64,000 bases of DNA. It comes from an uncultured Verrucomicrobiae bacterium. GTDB lineage: Bacteria; Verrucomicrobiota; Verrucomicrobiia; Chthoniobacterales; Chthoniobacteraceae. The notes beneath the pieces were generated by a model. That model worked only from the letters and a program-made list of their open reading frames with translations, was not told the origin of the DNA and searched no databases. The stretch covers positions 96,001 to 160,000 of the forward strand of contig CAVYKI010000006.1 of NCBI GenBank assembly GCA_963769025.1, read 5' to 3'. Below are positions 9,768 to 21,653 of this stretch, in pieces. Each line of letters opens with the position of its first letter. Positions within the stretch are counted from its first letter, which is position 1. Position numbers and translations under genes: made by a program.

Positions 9768-11722
9768 ATGAGCAAACCAACCCCAGCCACGCAGGCCGCG
9801 CTCGACACGGCAAAGCTGATCGAGTCCGTCGCGCAAAATGTCCGACTGGTCGCGGAGGCCGGCGATTCCGCGACTTATGCGGAGAGCATCACGCAGCTCG
9901 CGGAAGGCGGGCACTGGACCGAGATCGTGGATCGCTTTTACAAGACGCTGGCCTTCGGGACCGGCGGGCTGCGTGGCCGGACGATCGGCCGCGTGGTGAC
10001 GGCCGCCGAGCGCGGCGGGGCGGAGGCGGTCGAGCGGCCCGCGCAGCCGTGCGTCGGGACGAATGCGATGAACTATTTCAACATCAGCCGCGCGACGCAG
10101 GGGCTCGTGGCGTATCTGCACGAGTGGTTCCGGAAGAAGAAGCTCCCGGGGCGTCCGAAGATCGTCATCGCGCACGACCCGCGTCATTTTTCCCGCGAGT
10201 TCGCGGAGCTGACGGCGAAGGTCGCCACCGACCTCGGCTGCGATGCGGGGCTCTTCGAGGGGCCGCGTTCGACGCCGGAGCTTTCCTTTGCCGTGCGCCA
10301 CACGAATGCGACGGCGGGCATCGTGATCACCGCGTCGCACAACCCGCCGCATGACAATGGCTACAAGGCGTACTTTGCCGACGGCGCGCAGCTCGTGGAG
10401 CCGCATGCCGGGGCGGTCATCGCGAAGGTGAACGCCATCAGGACCGACCGCTACAAGCCGCTGCCGAAGGCGAAGCAGGGCAAGCGCAGCAAGCTCGGGC
10501 GGGAGGTGGACGAGGCCTACATGAAGCGGCTGGAGACGCTCGTGCTCGACCCGCGATGGTGAAGGCGGCGTCCGGCCTGAAGATCGTCTTCACGAGCATC
10601 CACGGCGTCGGCGGAGTCATCACGAAGCCGATGCTGGAGCGGCTCGGTTTCCGGTTCACGGTCGTGCCCGAGCAGGATGCGTTTGACGGGCGTTTCCCGA
10701 CGGTGAAATCGCCGAATCCGGAAAACGCCGAGGCGCTCGCGATGGCGATTTCGCTCGCCGGAAAGGAGCTGGCGGATGTCGTGATGGCGACCGATCCCGA
10801 CTGCGACCGGATGGGCGTGGCGATTCGCAATGCGAAGGGCGAGATGGAACTGCTCACCGGCAACCAGATCGGGTCGCTCATCGCCGCGTATCGGGTGCGG
10901 AAGCTGATCGACCTCGGAATCATCACCGCTGCGAACGCCGCGAACTGCGCAATCATCAAGACATTCGTGACCACCGATCTGCAAAAGGCGATCGCCGCAA
11001 AGCACGGCCTGCGCTGCGTGGAGACGCTGACCGGTTTCAAATACATCGGCGAAAAGCTCGGCAAGTACGAGGCTGCACTGCCTGCGGCGGCACGGGCAAA
11101 TTACCGGAAGCTCAGCGAGAAGGAGACGCGGGATCTTCGGCTGAAGCACTCGACCTACTATGTCGCCGGCGGCGAGGAGAGCTACGGATACAGCGCGCAT
11201 GATTTTGTACGCGACAAGGACGGCAACGCCGCGGTCGTGATGTTCGCCGAGGTCGCCGCATGGGCGAAGTCGCGCGGGCTGACGATCGACACGCTGCTCG
11301 ACGAAATCTACGCGGAGTACGGATTTTACTGGGAGAAGAACGGGACGCTCACTTTCGAGGGCGCGGACGGTGCGGCGAAAATCGCCAAGCTCGCCGCGAG
11401 CTACGCCAAGACGCCGCCGAAGGCCATGGACGGCGCGAAGGTCACCGGCGCGCGGGACTTCATGGCGAAGACTTTCAAGGACGTGGAAGGCGACGTGATT
11501 CCGAAGGAAAAGATGGTGATGTTCGATCTCGCCGACGGAAGGCGGGTCGCGGTGCGACCGTCCGGCACGGAGCCGAAGATCAAATTCTACCTTTTCGTGA
11601 GGCGCGATCCGAAGGGCGCGCGGTTCGCGGCGGCGGAACTCGGCGCCGTGAAGACCGAGGCGCGGGCGTCTCTCGATGCGCTTTGGACGTGGATTCAGGC
11701 GGACGTGAAACAACGCCTCTAA
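9768..11722 (+). CDS. Phosphoglucomutase/phosphomannomutase-family phospho-sugar mutase, one frameshift near 10555
   Basis: FGTGGLRG, TASHNP (catalytic Ser), DPDCDR (metal loop), GGEESYG, RPSGTEPKIK. Confidence 0.93.
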
Positions 11723-11778
11723 TCCTCCCGGTGTGGCTCGGTAATCGCTTAGACAGGCACAACAACTGACTCCAATTC

Positions 11779-12087
11779 ATGGGACGTGAAATCAATCTCG
11801 ACGGAACCGAAATCTCGGTCATCAAGGCTCTCGGCATCGGGGGAGGCGAGATCGACGGCGGGACGCTGATATCGCGTTGCCAGGATCTCGAAATCGCCGA
11901 ACTGATCGACACGATCCGCGGACTCATGATGCAGGGCTACGTGGATGCCGACTCGAATTCATTTTACGACGCGGAGGAGATGGAGGACGTGAACTTCCGC
12001 GTGAACTCCGGCTACTCGAAGGATCTGAAGGAAGCGCTCGACCCGCAGCCCACGGCGAAGAAGAGCAAGCGCGTGCGGCGCGAGTAG
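11779..12087 (+). CDS. Hypothetical small protein, possibly winged-helix-like
   Basis: Intact 102-aa ORF with host-like codon usage; acidic core (ELIDTIRGLMMQGYV) and basic tail. Confidence 0.7.
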   Translation: MGREINLDGTEISVIKALGIGGGEIDGGTLISRCQDLEIAELIDTIRGLMMQGYVDADSNSFYDAEEMEDVNFRVNSGYSKDLKEALDPQPTAKKSKRVRRE

Positions 12088-12143
12088 CGGCGGCGCAACA
12101 TCGCGACTTGGCAGCGGGAACGGTTGCAGGGCATCTCGGTGCG

Positions 12144-13844
12144 GTGACGAATCAATCCACGCCCGCCAACATCCCGCATCTTGCACGCTGGTGGCCATGG
12201 GCTGCCGGCGGTGCTCAGCGGCGTGTTGCTCGTGTTCAGTTTTCCGCCGTCGGACATCGGCGGATTTGCCTTCATTGCACTGGTTCCGCTGCTCATGGCG
12301 GTGTGGATTCCGCAGGGCGGAAAAAGGCGCGGGCTCTTCCATTTCGGTCTCGGCTACGTGACGGGCCTTGTCTTTTTCGCGACGACATTCCGGTGGCTGT
12401 CCGAGCTGGCGCCGCTCTTTCACGCGCCCGTGCTGAACGGCCTGCCGCTTCTCTTCGCGGCCTACCTTGCGCTTTTTCCAGCCACGTGGGCGTGGCTCGC
12501 GGGCTGGATCGCCGGCGCGTCACTTCCGCCCGGTGCCGCCGCCGGATCCGCTTCTCCCGTTCGAGCGTCCGGTCCTGCTGCTATCCACACGCAATCTCGG
12601 CATCGCCATCTTTTGCGCAGCCGCGTGGGTCGCGCTGGAATGGACGCGCGGATGGCTGATCTCGGGCTTTGGCTGGAACGCGCTCGGCGTCGCGCTGCAC
12701 AGCGAACTTGCGCTCATCCAGATCGCTGAGTTCACCGGCGTGGGCGGCATCAGCTTCCTCCTCGTGATGTGCAATGCGATCGGTCTCATCACCGTCCTGC
12801 GTGTGCGCGCGGAAATCGGGCGCGTCCGGTTGCGGCCCCACTTCGACTTTGCCATCACCGTCGCCCTGGTCGTCTTCGCATTCGGACTACGGCGTCCGCG
12901 TGCTCACCCGTGCGCCGGGCACACCCGAGGACGGAGTGGCGCTGAAGGTCGCCGCGGTGCAGCCGAACATTTTGCAGGAGTGGAAATTCGACCTCGGGCG
13001 CTGGCCGGAAATCTTCGAGCGGATGCGCTCGCTCAGCGACCTCGCGGCGCTGACCGCGCCGGATGTCCTGCTGTGGCCCGAGGCCTCGGTGCCGGGCGGG
13101 ATGATGGGCGATGCGGACACGGTGGCATTCATGCGGGAGCGCGCCGCGCTGGTCCCCGCGATGATCGTGGGCACGGATGACATGAACCGCGGCGCGATCG
13201 GCGAGGATCACAACAGCGCCGCATTCATCCGCACCGGCGAGAGGGAGCCGCAATTTTACGACAAGCGGCAGCTCGTTCCCTTCGGCGAATACCTGCCGTT
13301 CCGTCCGCTGCTCGGCGGCATGCTGGGAAATCTTGTGCCGGGTGACTTCAAACCGGGAAAGGCGCCGGGCGTATTTTCGCTCAAAAACCCGGCGCTGAAG
13401 CTCGGCCCGCTGATTTGCTTTGAGGATACGCGTGCGGACATCACGCGCGAGCAGGTAAGGGCGGGCGCGCACGTGCTGGTGAACCTCACCAATGACGGCT
13501 GGTTTGGGCAGACGGCGGAGCTGGCCCAGCACATGAACGACGCCATCTTCCGCTCGATCGAAAACCGCCGGCCGATGGTGCGCTGCACGAACAACGGAAT
13601 CACCGCGTCGGTGGACAGCTTTGGCCGCGTGGACCGCTGGCTGGAGCCATTCACGCAGGGCGCGGCGACGCGCCGGATCATGGTATCGCAATCGCCGCCG
13701 GAGACATTTTACACGCGGCACGGCGCGGTGTTTGCCGTCGGGTGCACGGTGCTGGTTGCGCTCGCCGGCGGCGCGGTTGCGTTTTCGCGCCGCGCTACTC
13801 GCCGCGCCGGAGGAACTCGACCTTCGCGCTCAGCTCGGGCGTGA
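12144..13844 (+). CDS. lnt: Apolipoprotein N-acyltransferase, frameshifted
   Basis: N-terminal TM helices, then WVALEWTRGWLISGFGWNALG, VQPNI, WPEAS, YDKRQLVPFGEYLP, LICFED, TNDGWF. Confidence 0.93.
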
Positions 13845-14790
13845 GGAAGCGGTCCGGGTTTTCGATCTGCACCTTCACCTGCAGCGTGCCCTTCTGGCGG
13901 CTGGCCTCGGGCGCGATCTCCGTGACGGTGCCTGCGTAAACTTTCTCCGGCCATGCCTCGGGGCTGACTCGGCAGCGCTGGCTCATGGTGACTTTCGGAA
14001 GGTCCGCCTCGCTGATGTCCACCTCGACCTGGAGATCGTTCGGGTCGGCGAGCGAGAGCAGCGCATTGCTGGGGCCATGCGTGGTCGAGCCCCCGAAATT
14101 CTGCGGCGTCACCAGTTCGCCGGGATGGGAAAGTTTCTCGAGGATGACGCCGTCGATCGGCGAGCGGATCACCGTCCAGTCGAGCCACACCTGGGCCAAC
14201 GCGCGCGTGCCCTCGAGCTGGCGCACTGGGCCTCGGCGGATGCGACGGCGAGCCGCGCCTCGTCCTCGCGCTCGGCTGTTTCGTTGTGGGTGAGCCGGAG
14301 CTTTCGGACGCGGTCGAAGTTGATTTTCGCGCGTTCCACGCGCGACCCGCGCGGCGGCGAGCTGGCCCTCGATTTCCGCGACGCGGGCCAGTTGCTCGGA
14401 GTCGTCCAGCCGCACGACGATGTCGCCCTTCTTCACGCGGTCGCCTTTTTTCACGCCGATCCACTTCACCTCGTTCATCGTGCGCGGACTGATTTCGATC
14501 CGCTCGCGATTGATGATGTAACCGCTGACAGTCAGGACTGCGTCGCCGGCCTTCGCGGGCTTTTCGCGCGGCGGAGTTGCGATGTTTGTTTCTGCGGATG
14601 TGGTCGCCCGCGTGCCATCGTGGGCTTCCTTGCCCCCGGTGGTGCGTGTGTCCGAGGCCCACGGCTTGGCAACATACAAGGCGACGGCGGTCGCGAGGAT
14701 GACTGCGAGAATGATGAAGCGAAACGAGCCCTGCGAACGCTGGCGGCGGTTCTCCGAGATTTTGATGGTCTGCAACTTGGCCGCGTCCAT
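13795..14790 (-). CDS. Efflux RND/MacA-like periplasmic adaptor subunit
   Basis: TM anchor, VSGYII, VKKGDRVKKGDIVVRLD, IRSPIDGVI, EVDISEADL, IAPEASRQKGTLQVKV. Confidence 0.88.
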   Translation of the reverse strand: MDAAKLQTIKISENRRQRSQGSFRFIILAVILATAVALYVAKPWASDTRTTGGKEAHDGTRATTSAETNIATPPREKPAKAGDAVLTVSGYIINRERIEISPRTMNEVKWIGVKKGDRVKKGDIVVRLDDSEQLARVAEIEGQLAAARVARGTRENQLRPRPKAPAHPQRNSRARGRGAARRRIRRGPVRQLEGTRALAQVWLDWTVIRSPIDGVILEKLSHPGELVTPQNFGGSTTHGPSNALLSLADPNDLQVEVDISEADLPKVTMSQRCRVSPEAWPEKVYAGTVTEIAPEASRQKGTLQVKVQIENPDRFLTPELSAKVEFLRRGE

Positions 14791-14810
14791 TGCGGGCACT
14801 GTAACGCGGT

Positions 14811-15977
14811 TCAGACCGCCTTCAATGCCTCGATCACCGGCATGCGCGATGCGCGCATCGCGGGCAGCAACGCGCCGAGCACGCCCACGACCGCGGCGAA
14901 GACGAGGCCCTTTGCGATGACGGACGGGGTGACCGTCAGCTGAAACACGATTTCGCTGAACGTCTGGAAATTGAACGTGCCCGTCTTGTAGCCGTTGACC
15001 GCGAGCGATGCGGCGCCGCCGATGACGCCGCCGACAAAGGCGAGGCACGCACCTTCGAGCAGGATCGCGCTGACGATGGAGCGCCGGCGGAAGCCGAGCA
15101 CGCGTAGCGTTCCGATTTCCCGCGTCCGCGCGCCGACGCTCGCGTACATCGTGTTCATCGCCGCGAGGACCGCGCCGACGGACATCACCGTTGCGATGAC
15201 ATTCCCTGCAAAGCGGATCGGCCCGGCGGTCTTCGTCTGCTCGGCGTAGTAGCTCGTCTCAGCGACGACGCGCACGGTGAGGCGGCGGTCGTCCTCGAGG
15301 CGCTGTTTCAGCCGCACACCGGCAGCCGCATCCACCGGGCGGATGAGGAGGCTCGCATAGTTGGCGCGGTTGAAAATTGCGCGCGCCTCGTCGGAGTCCA
15401 TCCACGTCTCCGAGTCGAACGCGCTCCCGCCGGCATCGAAATGGCCCACGACCGTGAGCGTCCGGGTGCCGAGTCTGATTTCATCGCCGGGATTCATCCC
15501 GGTGAATCTCCGCGCGAGGCGGGCGCTCACGGTGACCTCGCGTTTGCCGGGCGAAAACCAGCGGCCTGCGACGAGCGTCACCTGCGGGCGGAGCGACGGG
15601 CCGTTTGGCGACACGCCGCGGAAGATGACGTTTGCGCCGCCCTCGGAGCCGGCGGCACGCTGGAGGTAGGCGGCGACGAGCGTGTCTGCGGAAATGAGCG
15701 GCTTGCCGGCCTCGTCGCGCGCGATTTCCTCCGCGTATTGGATCGAGCGCAGGTCATCGAGGGTGATCTGGCTTGTGGATTCGGAGTCCGCGCCCTTGCG
15801 GACGACGAGCAGGTTGCGTGGGTCGCCGGTGGTGCCGCCGGCGGTTTCGAGACCGGTTGCCAGCGCCTGCATGAGGATCCACACAAAGACGACCGCCGCG
15901 ACTCCGAGCACCGTAGCCAGCGTCGAGCGCCATCGGATGAAGACGTTGCGCAGGCTGTATCGGAGCGGCAGTGCCAT
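14811..15977 (-). CDS. MacB/FtsX-like ABC transporter permease
   Basis: YSLRNVFIR, periplasmic domain, MNTMYASVGARTREIGTLRVLGF, LLPAMRASR. Confidence 0.9.
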   Translation of the reverse strand: MALPLRYSLRNVFIRWRSTLATVLGVAAVVFVWILMQALATGLETAGGTTGDPRNLLVVRKGADSESTSQITLDDLRSIQYAEEIARDEAGKPLISADTLVAAYLQRAAGSEGGANVIFRGVSPNGPSLRPQVTLVAGRWFSPGKREVTVSARLARRFTGMNPGDEIRLGTRTLTVVGHFDAGGSAFDSETWMDSDEARAIFNRANYASLLIRPVDAAAGVRLKQRLEDDRRLTVRVVAETSYYAEQTKTAGPIRFAGNVIATVMSVGAVLAAMNTMYASVGARTREIGTLRVLGFRRRSIVSAILLEGACLAFVGGVIGGAASLAVNGYKTGTFNFQTFSEIVFQLTVTPSVIAKGLVFAAVVGVLGALLPAMRASRMPVIEALKAV

Positions 15978-16007
15978 TTCCGCGATGCGGGACGCGCTGC
16001 CGCCGCC

Positions 16008-17014
16008 TTATTGCGGCGGCGGTCCGGGCGGCGGCGTTCCCGTGCTCTTGAACGTCTGGAGCGCCGCCTTGTCGCGCTCGGTGCGCTGTTCGAGCACCTG
16101 CTTGAGCGTGTTCACCTGGTCGGGCGAGAGCGTCTTGGCCGCATTTTGCAGGACACGGGTCTGGTAGTCCTGCTGCTGTTTTTCCCATGCAGCGAATGTC
16201 GAATCGTCCTTGAGCAGATTCAGGACGGTGCCCGGGTCGTTCTTCGAGGGATCGAACGGATTGGCCGGCGAGTTTTCCCGTTCGGTTTGCATGAGATCGA
16301 TCAGCCCCTCCTTTTGCGCCTCCGCCAGCGGCGTGCCGGCGGAGTTGAATTCGTCCGCGAACTGGTTGACGGCCGTGCGTTCGGGCACCGACCCCTCGTA
16401 TTCGCTGAACTGGTCGTAGCCTGCATCGCCGAGCGTGGCCTTGAGCTTGTCGCCAAATTCGCCCTCGACGGCCTTGAGCCTCGCCGCCGTCTCCTCGGCA
16501 CTCCCTCCCGTGGCGCGTGCCGTGACGATCGCGGTCTGCCGGTCCGCCAGCAATCCCATGAGCACCGTGGTGTCCTGCGGGGAAAGTTTCATCTTCTTTG
16601 CAAACGCGGCGTATTGCGTGCGGACCCTCGCCGCGGACTGGGTGCGGAACATCTTCTGTCCCTCTGGCGAGTTCATCATCGCGATGAATGCGCCCATGTT
16701 CGGCCTCCTGGGATCCCCGGGGCCGCCGCGGGAGGGGCGCCGTCGGGTCCGGCTTCCGGTCCGCGCGGCTGCTTCGCCTGAACCTGCAGGCGATCGCGTT
16801 CGCGCGTGAGGCGGTCCACATTCTCCCGCAGGGGATCCGTGGCGGCGAGTGCGGCCTTTTCACCGGCGAGCGCGGTGTCCCGCTCCGCGGTGAGTGCGGC
16901 GATCCGCGCGTCGCGCTCGGCGAGCTGGCCATGGTAGCGGAATGCAAACCACGAGCCGCCCGTCGCGGTCAATGCGAGGAGGACGATGAGGATTCTTCTT
17001 GATATGGTAGTCAT
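16008..17014 (-). CDS. Hypothetical membrane-anchored helical/coiled-coil protein, one frameshift near 16700
   Basis: MTTISRRILIVLLALTATGGSW anchor and coiled coil, continuing into ORF 16008..16697. Confidence 0.65.
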
Positions 17015-17163
17015 TGGTGATCTCCGGCCGGGCGTGGGCCGGCGTCCCGCGTTCATCGGCACTTGCTTGTCGTGAACGCCCTGGTGGAAGCAAAGGGATT
17101 GTTCATGGAACAGCATCCCTGAGAGGCTATCGGGCGTCAAGTGTGCCGCGGATGCTTGCGTGC

Positions 17164-18097
17164 ATGCGCTTCTTCGCGATGCTCCGGCGATGTTTCGCCT
17201 TTCCGCCGGCCTCGCCCTCTTTCTCTCGTTGCCCTGCATGCGGAGGATCGGTTCGTCGTGGACGACGAGGCATTCGAAGCAACCGCCACCGCCGCCGCCA
17301 CCGCGCTGCACAAGCAGGGAAAACTGGTGTCCCTCAAGAAACTCCGCACGCAGCTCAAGCGCGCACACTGCGAACTGGCGTTGCCCGAGCCGCGGAAGGA
17401 AAAGCTCCGCCCGCCGGAAATTTACCGCCTCGTCCGCACCAGCACCGTCGTCGTGGCGACATTTTACGAGTGCACCGAGTGCAGGAAGTGGCATTTCGAC
17501 AGCGCGTCCGGCTTCGTCGCCGCGGATGGCGTGGTGAGCACGTGCGAGCATGTCGTGAATTTCGAGGACGACGAAATGAAGGACGGATTCCTCGTGGTCG
17601 CGGATGCGAAGGGGCGCGTCTTTCCCGTCACGGAAGTCCTCGCAGCCAATGCCGATTCGGACACCTGCCTGCTCCGCGTGGCCGGCCTCGATCTGCCTCC
17701 GCTCCCGCTCAGTCGGACGGCCCAGGTCGGCGATCCCGTCTTCTGCCTCAGCCACCCGGATGGCAACCACTGGATGTTCACCGCCGGGATGCTGTCGCGC
17801 TTTTTCATCAACCGTGAGGCCGCCACCGACGGCGACAAACCGCCGCAGAAAACGCAGGTCGCGCCTTCGCTCTACATCAATGTCACCGCCGAGTATTCAC
17901 CCGGCAGCAGCGGTGCGCCGGTCGTGGATCGAAAGCGGAAACGTCGTCGGCCAGGTCGAGAGCATCACCTCCAGCATCGAGGACGAAGGGAGGACGGCAA
18001 AACGGTCTCGGCCAGTTACGGCATGCCGCTCCGCTCGTGTGTCGCCGCGGAGGAGATATTGAAGCTAATGCGTTCGGCGGAAAGTCGGGAAAAGTGA
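17164..18097 (+). CDS. Trypsin-like (S1) serine protease, probably secreted
   Basis: SASGFV, TCEHVV (His), DSDTCLL (Asp), SPGSSGAPVV (Ser); a CTECRKWH motif precedes the domain. Confidence 0.85.
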
Positions 18098-18817
18098 CCT
18101 CCGCCGCTTACTTAAACGCCGCCATTGGCGCAGGCGGCTTGATGGCCTGCCGGTCTGCCTCAATCAACTTCCGTTCTGCGATGCAATCGGTGCATTGATA
18201 CACCAGCGCGCTCACAGGTTCGCCCAGGGAGGAGCGCGTTTCCCGGCGGAGAACGATCCGCTCCGCGCCGAAACGGGAACCGGGCCGTCGCCGCCAGATG
18301 CTCGGACGCCACTGCCGGCGACCAAGCCCAATGCGCTTCCGTCAAAGACGATCGGGAACTTCGCGGACGTTGCATTTTCTCGACGATGCACCGGGCATGA
18401 TGTCGTTGGCGGCGTCGGTAGCGAGGTGCCGCGGGTGCGGCGACCTGCCCGACGGAGATGCTGCGCCGCGATCCGACGCATCGCTGTGCTCGCTGACGGT
18501 GATGCGACCCGCGGCACGCCGAGCGTTCGCCCTCGTTCCCGGGTCCGGATAGCAGTCCCTGCGTCGGAACTGCCGCCCGCCGGTTCGCAGGACGGGCGCA
18601 CCAGCATCCCGAGTGGTGCGAGAGATGGAGGATCAGGCGCGCATGGGACGTGGTACGGGAACTGCCTCGGCAAGGTAGCACACGATCGGCGTGGCCCTTG
18701 CGCAATGGGTATCTGCCGGACGGCGCCGTCGACGGCGCGTCCTGCCAAGGCAAACACCCCGCGCTGGCCGGGCACACTCCGCGCGGGGTGTGAATGCTCT
18801 TGCTGGCGGTGTCGTGC

Positions 18818-20173
18818 CTAGACGACCGCCGTCTTGCCGGGGATGGCGCGCGGATACATGCCGTTCGGGCCGGGCTTCGGACCGGCGTCGGCGTCCCAGG
18901 CGAGGTTCTTCGGGAAGAGTGTCGATCTTCGAGTCGAGCGCGGCGTCCCACTCGAGTTCCTTGCCGGAGTAGGTGGCCATGCGGCCGAGGATCGCGGTCA
19001 TCGTGCTCTTCGCGCCGTACTCGGCTTCGTTGTACGGCTTGTTGTTGCGGATGCCGTCGAAGAGATCGTCGTGCTCCTGCTGGTACGGATCCTTGGCGCC
19101 CTCGGCCTTGTAGCGCCACTGGTTCGTCGCCGTCAGGATCTTGTAGCCGCTGATCGTCGGCCGTGCCCTTGGTGCCCTGCGACATGCTCGGAGACGTTGT
19201 TCCAGCAGCCGGGCTGTGGCGGCACTAGCTGAAGCAGAGCGAGCCGTCCTCGTATTCGAACTCGCACGGCGAAGTGATCGAAGATTTCGCCGTAGTCCTT
19301 GCCGCCGCGGACTTCGCGGCCGCCCATGCCGCGGGCCTTCACCGGGATGGCCCTTCTTGACCCAGTTGATGACGTCGAGGTTGTGGATGTGCTGCTCGCC
19401 GATGTGATCGCCGCAGATCCAGGTGAAGTAGTACCAGTTGCGCATCTGGTATTCCATCTCGGTCAGCTTGCGGCCGGCTGCTTCTCGAGATCGGCGCGCT
19501 TTTTCAGCCAGGGGCGCTGGCCGTTCCAGTAGGCGCGCATCGAGACGATGTCGCCGATCGCGCCGTCGTGCAGCCGCTTGATCGTTTCGAGGTAGCCGGC
19601 CTGGTGATGGCGCTGCAGGCCGACGCCGACCTTGAGGTTCTTCTTCTTCGCTTCCGCCGCGGCGGCGAGCACCCGGCGCACGCCGGCGGCATCGGTCGCC
19701 ACCGGCTTCTCCATGAAGACGTGTTTGCCCTGGCTTGCACGGCTTCCTCGAACTGCATCGGGCGGAAGCCGGGAGGCGTGGCGAGGATGACGACATCGGC
19801 CGGCGCGATCGCCTGCTTGTAGGCGTCGAAGCCGACGAACTGGCGCTCCTTCGGGACAGCCGACGGTCGCCGTGCTTGCCTGCAAATTCGCGAGCGAGGA
19901 GGCCATCCGGTCCTCGTGGACATCGGCCATGGCGACGAGCTTCACCGGCCCGAGGTTCGAAGTGCTGAGCGCCTGGTTGGCCGCGCCGGAGCCGCGTCCG
20001 CCGCAACCGACGAGCGCGAGCTTGAGCTCATCTCCGCCCGAGACGCCGAGGGCAAAGCGGGCAGGGGAGAGCGCGCCGACGAGTGCAGCTCCTCCGAGCG
20101 CCGCGCTGCCGCGCTGGAGAAAGCTGCGGCGGGTGAACTGATCCGGGGTGATGATTCTGGGTTCCTGATTCAT
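18818..20173 (-). CDS. Tat-exported Gfo/Idh/MocA oxidoreductase, frameshifted
   Basis: TRRSFL Tat motif, [42 protein letters not shown]. Confidence 0.9.
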
Positions 20174-20457
20174 GATGGGTTGTGGGTTTCGATGGAGTGA
20201 AGGGGCGCGAGCCTAGAGCATTTCGAGCGGGCTTGGCTACGCCCGAATGACCGGGGGCCGCGGAATTTCTTTGCTGCCCTGACTTCGGAAACGATGACAA
20301 AAACGCAAGTACCGCCGTCCGCCGGAAATGGAGCGATCGCGTGCGACAGCGCCGGTTCCATGGGTGAACCAATGTGCTTTCAATCGCTGTCGATGGAGCA
20401 TGAAAAACGCGGCTTGCGAATCGAGCCGGGAGCCGTGACACGGGAAGTGCCGTTTCT

Positions 20458-21135
20458 ATGAAGACACTCGTTCTCGCTGCCGCCGCTTTGGTTTCCACGA
20501 TCGCCAGCGCCGCCGAAACGGCGTCCCCCGCCGGGGCCTTCGATCTTCAGAATTGGAAGCTCCAGATCCCCGGGCCGAAGGAGGTCAGACAGCTCACCGG
20601 CTATTCCTCCGGATACTTCTCCCTGAACGAAAACCGCGAGATGGTCTTCAAGCTCGACGCCGCGGAGAAGGGGGACGACGCCCAACACCGAGTACGTCGG
20701 TTCCGAACTGCGCCACCTTCCGGAATGGCGGGTGAACGAACCGCACAGCCTGGCCGCCGAGGTGAAGGTCTCCTCCCGTCTCGATCCGGACAAGGTCACT
20801 GTCCTGCAGATCCACGGCATCGGGAAGACGGCGGCAAGGGCCCGCCGCTCGCTGCATCGCGCTCGCAGAAGGGCGGCCTTTTCGCCGGACGAAGACGGAC
20901 AAGGCCGGCAAGCGCCACCTGATTCCGTCCTGCTCAAAAAGGGTATCGGCACGGACTGGTTCAGGTCGAGATTGGCATCGCGAACGGCCAGCTCGAAGTC
21001 ACCGTGGACAACGAGCGGAAGCTCAGCCGGGACCTCGCCTACTGGAAATTCCCGAACTACTTCAAGGCAGGCTGCTACCCGCAGGCTACCAAAGGCACCG
21101 TGGAGGTCGTTTTCCGGAAGCTGACGGCGAAGTGA
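20458..21135 (+). CDS. Polysaccharide lyase family 7 (alginate lyase-like), secreted, frameshifted
   Basis: Signal peptide; FDLQNWKLQIP, Y-x-x-SELR, LQIHG and YFKAGCYPQ are the conserved PL7 motifs. Confidence 0.85.
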
Positions 21136-21229
21136 GCAAACGTGGCTGTAGTCGTCGCGCCTGCGTAGTCGTGGAAAACGAGCTCGGCCGGAATGGCCAT
21201 CCCAGCCGGGAGACGGTGGTGGAGCGGCC

Positions 21230-21523
21230 TTACGGGCGGCTTCCGAACCTGGGGTCGTGCATTGGTTCCTCCGGCGGTGGCGTATAGAGTCGGATGCGCG
21301 GCGTCTCCTTTTCCGGCATGGGCTGCACGACCCCGCTCATGTCGTCGCTGGCTGTGATGACCAGATGCGCAGTGAGCCACACGGCGGCGCAGATGAGCAG
21401 CACGCAGAGCAGCTTGCACCCGACCACGGCGGGTGTGTTTTCATTTGGGCGCCAGCAACGCGGACACGTTTTGCGTGTCCAGCTGTACTGTGTCCGGCAA
21501 TTTTCGCAGCGGGCGTTGAACAT
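21230..21523 (-). CDS. Small zinc-ribbon membrane protein
   Basis: CENC...CPRC followed by one hydrophobic helix. Confidence 0.55.
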   Translation of the reverse strand: MFNARCENCRTQYSWTRKTCPRCWRPNENTPAVVGCKLLCVLLICAAVWLTAHLVITASDDMSGVVQPMPEKETPRIRLYTPPPEEPMHDPRFGSRP

Positions 21524-21653
21524 TTCCTGGTAGCGGGCCCCTCCTTCGCCCTCAGACTTACAAACCCAGATCGGCGGCGTTTGTTACCGGTTTCCTGAAG
21601 GTTTCTGTCCTAAATGTTGCGGTCGCGATGCCGGGGCCGCTGCGATGCAGGCG

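Noticed and set aside
18100..18800. Possible small gene between the protease and the oxidoreductase
   Set aside because: No frame gives a recognisable protein and the indel density is too high to reconstruct one.
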